From: Tubiluchus corallicola
Lineage: Eukaryota; Animalia; Priapulida
Assembly (NCBI GenBank): GCA_030141605.1
Contig: JAQGDQ010000269.1
Location: 62,001-126,000 of the forward strand
Length of the DNA: 64,000 bases
Direction: 5' to 3'
Made by a program: the position numbers and the translations under genes. The notes under the pieces are model-generated. The model ran no database searches. It was not told the origin of the DNA and was given only the letters and a program-made list of their open reading frames with translations. This document shows, one piece after another, positions 33,001-42,114 of the stretch (within the stretch, counting starts at the first letter, position 1; each line of letters starts with the position of its first letter).

Positions 33001-36000
33001 AACATCACTAGTACATTTGAAAGTGAGCATCACATTTTGTTAACAAAATCAAGTTACTTTATTACTTTTTTACACATTCTTTTAAACACACTGACATGGA
33101 CAAGGTTTTTGGAGTAATAAAAGCACATGCATTTCTCATCTGTTCATCTAGCAAAGGGAAGTCTTGCAATGTGGCAGCATATACTTTGCGCTTAATTTAA
33201 ACCCACAAAAAGATGTTACATGTTGTACGATCCGGCGATCGAGCAAAACAAGTGATGTTACAGCTCTGCTCTAGATTAGCATGACAGCAGCAGAAAATAT
33301 TGCAAAACTTCAAATGTAAACTAAAAAATTCTCAACTACTGAGAGTTTACAGCAAGACGAATATCGTAAGTCGATTCGCAGCAAAAAAATTGAAAATCAA
33401 ATGAGCAAGTGATTTATGAAACACCCTGTACATACTATCTATTTCGGAAAGCTGTAGCATGCTGCCATCACACTGAGCATTGCACGGTTTTACCATAATT
33501 ACACCATTTTTTTGCAAGCTTCAAGACCGTACAAAAAACAGTTTACCTGTCGTAAAGGTGATAATGTTGGACCTGTGCTGTGCGTCTGTGACGTCATCGC
33601 ATACGATGTAGAAATTGTAGGTATGATTGACAAGCAGACCTGCAACAATACACAAGGTGCATTATTGTACCATGCATAGCCGAACCCACGTTTTGTAATA
33701 GTCAAACCCTGTTATAACAGCCCCCCCTTTATAATGGCAACCTCGCCTAATGCTCAAATTTTTAACAAGACAAGGCGGTATAAAGAGGCTTGAGTGTACA
33801 TCTTATACAACGTCTTCTATTATTTCAAATTTTGTGGTATGCACTACTTGCTGGATAAACTGGATATAAGATTTCCACTGCTGTCGGAGCTCCACAGGCC
33901 CACAAGAAACTTCGTGAGGACCACAGCTTTCCAGTTAGCGCATGCCTGCTTTTCTTAAAAATTTTCCTAAACACCACTAACTGTTAGTGAACTCATTAAA
34001 TGAGCTCTTTGGAAGGCAGATGATACAAACTACAATGAACCGCAGACTGACAAATGGGCAATCTATAACTAGGCACATTACAACACTTCCGCCAGGCTGA
34101 ATGTTAACAGCGTAGTTCCAGATTCTAATTCGGCAATTTCTTGCTAAGACAGCTATAGAACATAGACCCATTGTTACTATGTCATCTTTGCATCACCAAT
34201 CACCATATTAAGTGACCAATCTTTAAATGGGTAAAGAGCTATAGTTAATACTATATAGAATGTTTGCCCACTATTTTAAAAATGTGTATTTCAAAATGTT
34301 GATTATGGTTATTAAGCAAAATATTTTTCAAGCCTTTTGCCAATTAAACTTATACATGTAAAAGGTATAATGTAAATACAGATGGCAAGCAGAATCGAGG
34401 CTTTTACGGTCTTCTACAAACCAAGTACACTCTCAAAATATAGGCTCCCATCTGACGGATTACATGGGCGCATGAATAGCAGAAAAAAGTACTGGCGATG
34501 GCAACCTAAATAAAAACTACATACCGGGTATATTCACAATGCTATCCTGAGGAGAAAGACTTATTATTGATTTTTTGTCATTGTTGTTTAGACCATACAC
34601 AGCCTCACAAGAAACTAACGACAGATCCGTCAACTGTGTCCATCGGACATCGGCGAAATTCTTTCCTGATTTGACCAAGCTCACTTGCAGGTCTGAATGC
34701 TCAGAGACCATTTCTGGATAAAAGGAAATAGAACAGTGTAACAAGACAATAAAATTTTTGGTTAGTTTGAGAACAATTTTAGTAATTAATTATGCAGTAC
34801 AATTCGATCAAAATAAATCATGGTACTAATTGTAGCATTAAACCCTGGATTTCAAATGTTCAGAATTTGAATATAAATTTATAAAAAATATGTCATTGCA
34901 TAAGCCAAATATGGACTGATTACTCGTACTTTTGCACAATAGTTTATGTTAAACAGTTGCATACATACATACATGCAAACGTACCATGTAAGAGCGTGTG
35001 TGAACACTATCAGACTTGATTGGCTGGCTTTTCTGATTTTGACCACAGAAGTGAGCAAATTGAAGAAAACTGTGTCTTCTGTGCGAAGTTTCACTCCACT
35101 GAAAGTCACTGACCAGTTGCAAGCTACCGCAACCACTGGCAAAGTCGGGAAAACGAAAAACTCATTCGTCGAAAGCAGAATACTATGTGGTTATTGCAGC
35201 ATTCTGGGATAGTTATGGGAGTATTCCACTGCATTGTTCCACAGCGTTTCTTATTGTACCATTAAGTAGTACAGGCTCTTTGAATGATGCACATTTTTAC
35301 AGTAAAAAACACATATAAAGGGACAAAATTTAAAACCTGACTTGTGGCAGATGACAGACCAGTGAATGAGGCACTAGCAGCCAGCAACATTATAATTTTC
35401 TAAAAGTAAGCATTTTAAAAATTATCCAGTGATTGTTAAGCATATTACACTATAAAAATAAAAAGACGCTTTTATACTTTTGAACGATTAAAGCAGAAAT
35501 TTAACATAAGAGATAAGTAGCAGTGAAGCAGATACTTTCAATATTATGTATATAAATATGAACAAAACAATGCCCTGTTCACACATCAGTCACAATAATA
35601 GTAGCAATAAATACAGTAAACATTGTGTTCACACGCAATGATAAATTACACTGATAATAACTTACTGATGAGTACTGCAAAACACATTTTACAAGTAAGT
35701 ACTATTTGATAATTTCTACAGAATACATCTTATAATTTTATGGGACAATAAATTTAAACACAGATTTTTGTAATATAGTTATTTAGACAAATAAGAAAAG
35801 AACAGGTTACCTTGGTTGCCTAATAGACCCACAAAGAAAAACGAGTGTATTTCTACTTTTTCTAGCAAAAAAAGAGACGTTAACAATCAAGGTAATCTAA
35901 AGAATGATACCAGATGAAAATAAAATGTCTAATGCAGAGAGATAAGTCTAGTAAACCAGGAAGATTACTAGCAGTTCATTAAACAAAACAGCAAGTCTAT

Positions 36001-39000
36001 AGCACCCAGCTGAATACAAATCATAATTTTTAATTTAGTCTAGGCAACAAATCATTCAAATCAATGCTAATATATCACATTGACAAAAAAACAGATTGTA
36101 TCTCCATATCATAAATAACAACAGTTATGAATGCCATAATGATTAAGAATAGAAACAGAAATGTAATATAAGAACTACTGGTAAGTTGCATGTATGTATG
36201 TTGAACAGCATCCCAGTGTATCAAGGTTGCAAATTTGAGGGCATCAGATTTTTACATAAAGACAACAATTAAGTACAAGTAATAGGAAAGCTACGGAAAT
36301 TCACACACGGAAAATGGGACCCCAGTATTTACAAGAAATGGTTTTCACACTAATACATATCACTGAAAAGAGTTAGTGGGCCACATACGAATAAACTGAG
36401 TAATAACTGAAGAAGTTAAATGCAGCAAGTTTCTACTAAAGTTTTATTTTGATAGCAGAGTAAAAAATTAACAACATAAAATGGAGTTTCTTTATATACT
36501 GGAATAAATGCAAATTTAGTATGAAATCCAGAAACTTAAAACATGTATAAATATACTAGAAATCAAATCTCGTTTATCCACAACATGAAAATCGTTAATC
36601 TCAAAGTTTCACAAAGTTACCTTTTTACAATCTCTGAACAACTAGTTACTAAAAGTCCTGTAAATATCTTAAAGCTTCTCTAATGCAGATTTGGGTTACC
36701 TATTATCATAATAAATGATTATAAGCTATCGAAACAAAGTTATCAGGTGTTCTAACCACGCTAAAATACTGCACGTAAGATTCATTAAAATGCTAATGTG
36801 TACATACAAAATACTCGAATTGGAAGTATTGAGTTCACACTTACGGGTAGTCAACACAACTAAAATGATAATATCTTTGACAATTTACTAATAAATAATT
36901 AGTGTTTATAAAATTTAATAAAAATATAAATAACCTTCAAGTTTATAAAGATCGCTTGGGCACGTATTTTGTACAAAAGAATACAGTTCATGATTATTGA
37001 CAAGAATTCAATGAGATAGATCACTAGATCATTAAACGTAAATCAATATTAAATCTGACAACTATTGCTGTACCCCACAGTTTTTTATGGAGATGAATGC
37101 GATTAAAGTGCAATACTGTCACACAATTGTGTCATACAATGGTGATGAATTCACAGTTATAGTCATCGTGTTAACGGGATGATACGTTTTGTGATGTCCG
37201 TTAGCTATCACATGACTGGAACGCGTACAAACGCTTTCTATGGCTTTGTATAAATACATATAACTTGACTTCTCCTTCCAGATACCAGGCCTGCGTAAGT
37301 GATAAAGTTTTGCCGTTTGGTACACGTCCACACAATCGTCGTGTTCTAGCGCTCTGCACAAAGTGCACAATGCACACAGTGTGGCTGCTTCTTGACCGCC
37401 ATACTTGTCAATGACTGTAACAGGGCCAGCCTGAAAGTTCTTTTGTCTGCCTTGCACAAAATTCAAAAATTCAAACATCTGCGTAAAGCCAGCACACACA
37501 TCCGGCCACCCAGGATAATAGACCAACTTAGTCATTAGTTCATAGTCATCTTGCGTAGATTGCAACAAAAAGTCAATTTCTACATAACTGGCCTGCACTT
37601 TCTCCTCGACAACAGCCAATGTGAAAGTTCCATAATTTATCACAACATTCTTTTCTGGCCAAAATTTATCATACCTGCCTGTAGGATCTTCCTTTTCGAT
37701 TTCTTCCTCAGTTTTGCCTTCTTCCAAAGGTGTTAAAGTGCTGATGAGTATCAGCGTTTGGGAATTGTGATCCCAGATCATTTGCCAGAAATCCATGACT
37801 GTGTTAGGAAGGGGATGCTGAGTTATTATGTAATCTTGTAACCTGGTGAACCCTTGGAAGAATGAGGCATTAATGTAATCTGATCCATCTTCACCGGGTT
37901 TGGCTAATATTGCGACACGACGTGAGTCAACAGGTAGCCGAGTTTGACTCCTATTTTTTGAGCGATTGCACTCTCTTGTAGCATGATGCATGTGAAATTC
38001 CTTTGGCTTAAAAGAAACGACCAGTTCATACTGGGCATCAAAGTCGGATTGCCCCGTCTTTGGATCTGTCTGCTGTAAATTTTCTAAGTAGCCAGATAAA
38101 TTGGCACTGCGAACTTCAGTTTCACCACTTTGTATGTATTCTAACAAGGCATCATGAAGAAAGATATACTGTTCCTCAGTTTGCACCAAGTAGTTTCTCT
38201 GCTGCCGGATATGCTTTAAATAAGCGTAGACATTGACTGTCTGCTTCTGTTTTATCTGGCGCATCATGCTATCCAGAACACAATATGTTCCGGTTCTGCC
38301 CACTCCCGCACTACAGTGAATTATTATAGGTCCTGCGGAATCCGGGTTGATAATGGCTGACTTGCGCACGAAAGTCAAAGATGACAAAGTGAAATCCGGA
38401 ACACCGTGGTCTGGCCAATCAGTAAAATGATACTGATAGATAACTCTCTCTGATGAATGCTTCTTTTTGACTTTCAAATTTTTTATGGTGAACATTCTTA
38501 TAGTATAACTAGCCATGACAGTTTCACTCAGAAATTTCACTTGCAAATGTCCATATACTTCAGATCCTTCTTTTGGCCAGTACATGTCGCACTTACGACG
38601 TCCACGTTCGAGCAAATTTGTGATCATAACCAGTACAAAAGTGTTCTGCTCCCAAATCATCTGCCAAAAATCGATAAATGTAGTTACCAGAGGGCCCTGA
38701 GCAGCAATGTAGGCTTTTGGTTTGTGAAAGCCGTCAACATAGTTGGCATTGATGTAGTCGGAATGGCATTTTTCTTTTCCTGGGATTGGCTGCAACTTAA
38801 CACGGCTGTGATCGTAAGCAACAATGTTAACATATCTGTTCTTGTCTTTGTTTTCAAATTCAAGAGATGCATCGAAAGTTGCACCTGGAGGAGAATACCG
38901 TTGAATGGACTCATACTCTTGTGAAAAACCATCATCGCCATCAGCATGTAGCTGAGCTACATGTTTTGCCCAATCGCAGGTGCTTATTGGCATATATTCG

Positions 39001-41238
39001 GGGTCATCATACGTATCAGACAGCAGCGATGTCTGCTGCAAAACTCTGTGAGACTTGTGATCGTCCAGGTAGTAATATGCAGCTTGATAGCATTTGCTCC
39101 ACAGAGTGTATACAATGATGACAATGAGAAGCACAATAATAGCACATACTATTCCGGCTATCACGCCTTTGCTCATCACATTGTCATCAACCGTTGACGC
39201 CGATGTAACGAACTGTACTCCTTCCGAATACCCGCCTTTGAATAATCGCTTTGAATGGTACACACTCTCCACAGCTCCGACGACTTTAACTTCGTATATA
39301 GTTTTCGGTTTAAGGTGATTTACTATTGTGTATAAAACATGCGGTTTATCATCATATTCATCAGGTGGCTTTACTTGAATACTTCTTTGTAACTTTACGT
39401 GTGACCGCTTGGCTCTGCCATGATGTCTAAGTACTGTGTTATCGCTATCGTTGGACACTTTCCACAGTTCAACCCAGTAGAGGTCGACTTTACCATAAAT
39501 CATCTTAGGAGAGTCCCAAGATACATTTGCTGTTCGTGCGGATAAAGTTGTGACATTTACGTTAAGTGGAGGGCTTGGAGCTTTTACATCTGTGACAGTT
39601 TTAAGCTGTTCACTCTTTACACCACAACCTTTGCTCGTACATGCCACGACGAAGACAGCATACAACTTGTACGGCTCCAGATTTGGAATCACGCAGGTAT
39701 ACTGGTTTCCAGGAACAGTGATCGATCTCGTAATTTGAACATCTCCTCCAAAAAACGCGTGGTACATGACCTTATAAAGTTGAATTATTCCGGTACTTAC
39801 AAGAGGCGGCCTCCAAGACAGATGAAAAGAGCTATCTGTATGTTGAGATGCAGTCAAATTCACTGGCTTCTCTGGCACCCCTTCTTCTGTGTGTATGATA
39901 ATCTGCAAAGGTGGCCCATAATTTTTCCCATTATCAACTTGAATGTTAATAACATATTCCGTAAAATTACCATGTAAATTTGAAAGTTTCACGGACGTTT
40001 GCGGGTGTTTGATGTAAGTTTGTATATTTCGTTGGCTGCGGCCAATAGCTTGATAGACCAGTCTGTAACCAGCTAGTTTTCCATATAACTCATCTAATCG
40101 TGGCGGGGACCACGAAATGTTAACAGAATTGCTGCTTACATTGAAATAGGACACGTCTCTCACAACGCCTCTTGGAGTTTCCTGCAAGGTTTTCACATCT
40201 GAAGATTCATCGCTTGGGGCACTTCTACCAACGTTGTTGACTGCAAATATGCGAAAGCGGTAAACACTATTTGGTTGTAGCCGACCAATTTGACAGGAGT
40301 TTTCCTGGTGAGAAACGTGCAGCTCTCTGTAATCACTCCAGTCCTCATCTTTCAACCTCCATTGCACGATGTACTTAGTAATTTCACTGTTTTGGGATTT
40401 TAAACTATGTCGCCACGTGATGCTTACGGATCGTGACGTGATTGCATAGTGATCGGGTTTTCCTGGAGCTGAGGGTACATCCTGTACCACAATCTCTTTT
40501 ATGGCACTAGAAAATATGGAATCAACCGTGCAGTGGTAGCTTCCAGAATCTTCAGGCCGAACAGCAAGAATGTGTAGACTGTGTGCTCTGTCGATACTCA
40601 CTCGCGGATCTGCTATTATCTGCTTCCCGCTCTTGAAATCTCGGCGCGCTATTGTTGAAGAATTTCGATGCCATGCCACTTGGATAGCGTCATTAAAATC
40701 GTCACTTTCGGATTGACAAGGTATCACGGCTTCCGATCCAGCACGTTGAATTAAACCATTTGCAAACTCCAATAAACAAATAGATATCAAGTATGTGAAA
40801 AGACATACTTGCATCCCCATTAGGCTTCTTTTTCAGCAAATGATCTGACATAATACAGCTAAATTAGTTATGCCTAGTGGCAGTGGGGATCATATTCATA
40901 TGGCACGCAATGAATTATGAAGCACTTTAACTCAGATATGCAGATCTACAAAACCGACATAACTGTAAACTTCCTGTTGTTTTTAAACGGTTTTACCAAA
41001 ATACCTTCAACAAAATTCCTGAAAAAGACAAAATAATTGTAGAGTGAGCAATGTAGTGTTAGTCTTAATAAGTCTAACAAGCGCAATTGTCATTACCCGC
41101 TAAAACTGATGTAACACTATTTAGAAAACATAAAACTGGTAAAAACCATAGAACAATAAATTTCACTTTACGCTGAACTTGAGGTAAAAGTAACGCACAG
41201 TTCATACTCCAATTTATGCCATAAATTAAAACTGACAT
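30022..41238 (-). CDS. Small type I membrane protein: signal peptide + one fibronectin type III domain + TM + short tail (6 exons, 225 aa; FNDC-like architecture)
   Basis: Exons 41238-41097 (gcagccATG; MSVL...KVKFIVLWFLPVLCFLNSVTSVLA, phase-1 donor GTAATG), 34713-34525, 33639-33547, 31875-31768, 30774-30672, 30064-30022. All GT-AG, phases 1,1,1,1,2, total 678 nt. FN3 hallmarks ADVRW...AVYG...IPGLLVNHTYNFYIVC...ITFTT; TM GVICGMVAFITITVLIIVVI followed by RKFHRHRRR. Exons 2-6 are well supported; the link to exon 1 is inferred. Confidence 0.75.
32098..32492. mobile_element. hAT-type MITE with perfect 8-bp TSD
   Basis: TIR CAGTGGCGGCTC...GAGCCGCCACTG; TSD ATTATATC at 32090-32097 and 32493-32500. 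Confidence 0.88.
37119..40820 (-). CDS. Ptp99A: Receptor-type tyrosine phosphatase, Ptp99A-like (R5/PTPRG-PTPRZ1 class), single-exon CDS, 1233 aa
   Basis: Uninterrupted ORF with signal peptide, one Ig domain (C...W...DSGSYHC), four FN3 repeats, TM, and juxtamembrane AAYYYLDD, which I recall from Drosophila Ptp99A. D1 has KNRY, WPD loop and IHCSAGVGRTG plus QTEEQY. D2 has Asp in place of the catalytic Cys (GPVTVIDKYGG), as in R5 PTPs. Confidence 0.9.
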   Translation of the reverse strand: MGMQVCLFTYLISICLLEFANGLIQRAGSEAVIPCQSESDDFNDAIQVAWHRNSSTIARRDFKSGKQIIADPRVSIDRAHSLHILAVRPEDSGSYHCTVDSIFSSAIKEIVVQDVPSAPGKPDHYAITSRSVSITWRHSLKSQNSEITKYIVQWRLKDEDWSDYRELHVSHQENSCQIGRLQPNSVYRFRIFAVNNVGRSAPSDESSDVKTLQETPRGVVRDVSYFNVSSNSVNISWSPPRLDELYGKLAGYRLVYQAIGRSQRNIQTYIKHPQTSVKLSNLHGNFTEYVINIQVDNGKNYGPPLQIIIHTEEGVPEKPVNLTASQHTDSSFHLSWRPPLVSTGIIQLYKVMYHAFFGGDVQITRSITVPGNQYTCVIPNLEPYKLYAVFVVACTSKGCGVKSEQLKTVTDVKAPSPPLNVNVTTLSARTANVSWDSPKMIYGKVDLYWVELWKVSNDSDNTVLRHHGRAKRSHVKLQRSIQVKPPDEYDDKPHVLYTIVNHLKPKTIYEVKVVGAVESVYHSKRLFKGGYSEGVQFVTSASTVDDNVMSKGVIAGIVCAIIVLLIVIIVYTLWSKCYQAAYYYLDDHKSHRVLQQTSLLSDTYDDPEYMPISTCDWAKHVAQLHADGDDGFSQEYESIQRYSPPGATFDASLEFENKDKNRYVNIVAYDHSRVKLQPIPGKEKCHSDYINANYVDGFHKPKAYIAAQGPLVTTFIDFWQMIWEQNTFVLVMITNLLERGRRKCDMYWPKEGSEVYGHLQVKFLSETVMASYTIRMFTIKNLKVKKKHSSERVIYQYHFTDWPDHGVPDFTLSSLTFVRKSAIINPDSAGPIIIHCSAGVGRTGTYCVLDSMMRQIKQKQTVNVYAYLKHIRQQRNYLVQTEEQYIFLHDALLEYIQSGETEVRSANLSGYLENLQQTDPKTGQSDFDAQYELVVSFKPKEFHMHHATRECNRSKNRSQTRLPVDSRRVAILAKPGEDGSDYINASFFQGFTRLQDYIITQHPLPNTVMDFWQMIWDHNSQTLILISTLTPLEEGKTEEEIEKEDPTGRYDKFWPEKNVVINYGTFTLAVVEEKVQASYVEIDFLLQSTQDDYELMTKLVYYPGWPDVCAGFTQMFEFLNFVQGRQKNFQAGPVTVIDKYGGQEAATLCALCTLCRALEHDDCVDVYQTAKLYHLRRPGIWKEKSSYMYLYKAIESVCTRSSHVIANGHHKTYHPVNTMTITVNSSPLYDTIV

Positions 41239-41400
41239 GGCTGCTGCTGCAAAATCGGACGCAGATGCGGAGACAGGAAGGGAAGTGGAAATTATCGTGA
41301 AGTCGGTCGGAGGATGAAAAAAATCACCACAAGGTGGCACTAAAATTGATCAAAACAATCATGGCGCGGACATAAAAAGTTGTTTGTACATGTATGTACT
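41239..41400. promoter_or_regulatory. Putative bidirectional promoter: FN3-TM/PTP unit (-) and PLGRKT (+)
   Basis: Locally GC/CpG-richer island between divergent genes, with GGAAG (ETS-like) and CATGGCG (YY1-like) words. Candidate PLGRKT UTR donor (cat|gtatgt) at about 41391 and acceptor at 42101. Confidence 0.45.
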
Positions 41401-42114
41401 GTTACAGACTTACAGTGATAGTTTGGAAGCGCAAAGATTTTAGTTTCCGACGTAACTTTCATTGTGATTAAGCACAGGAAAGTTGAGGTTTGCATAATCT
41501 ATTTTAAATTAGTTAGCTATTAAATTTACAACATTTGTTTTATCCTGTATCAGGCTTATTTTACTGTACTAGCTACAACTGAAATTAGGTCTTTAAAATA
41601 AAAACTCTGTATTTTGTGATTGCAATTACTACCATCAATCATTAACAGGCCAGAAAAAAGATAGACACACTTACAGATAAATAACAAATAGTCTTGCAAA
41701 ATGTTATTTGAAATACCAAGAAGACGAGAATCGTTGTGTTGCAGAATCGAAGTATAAATTGAAATCAAGTTATAAAAAGTTTTGATCAACAAAAATAAAG
41801 ATTTCATCTGCTCATAGTAGTTATCGTAAGGCAGCAATAGCAATACATGAATAAAACATTAAAAATTTAAGATTGAGTTGTGTGTCAGTTGCAACATTGG
41901 GTGATTTGCCAAATAGTCTTGAACTTGCTAAAATCAATATCATGACTGTACCAATGGGGAGAAATTGAACCGTGTGATAATGCAGTCTGTAGTGATTCTG
42001 TTTTACACTTAAATAATACTGGCTGCCAGGTTGCAGGTTGCTTCAGGATTGTTTTGATAGCTTGGAGATTTTGTGTAAAAACAGACAGTTTTATTTTTCA
42101 GAGAAAGTTTAAAA

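Noticed and set aside
34986-35137. Possible extra minus-strand exon (ttgccag...ATG|gtacgt) of the FN3-TM gene, one frame vaguely CUB-like
   Set aside because: The frame that would join the phase-1 acceptor at 34713 contains stops, and the open frames have incompatible phases. It could still be a non-coding exon or a repeat fragment.
37551-39977. Several plus-strand ORFs of 60-155 aa over the PTP
   Set aside because: Antisense shadows of a long coding exon, with no recognisable motifs.
37119-40820. Assignment as LAR/PTPRD, suggested by the 9p24 neighbours
   Set aside because: D2 has Asp instead of Cys, D1 is PTPRG-like (NIVAYDHSRVKL...FHKPKAYIAAQGPL), and there is only one Ig domain. These point to the R5/Ptp99A class.
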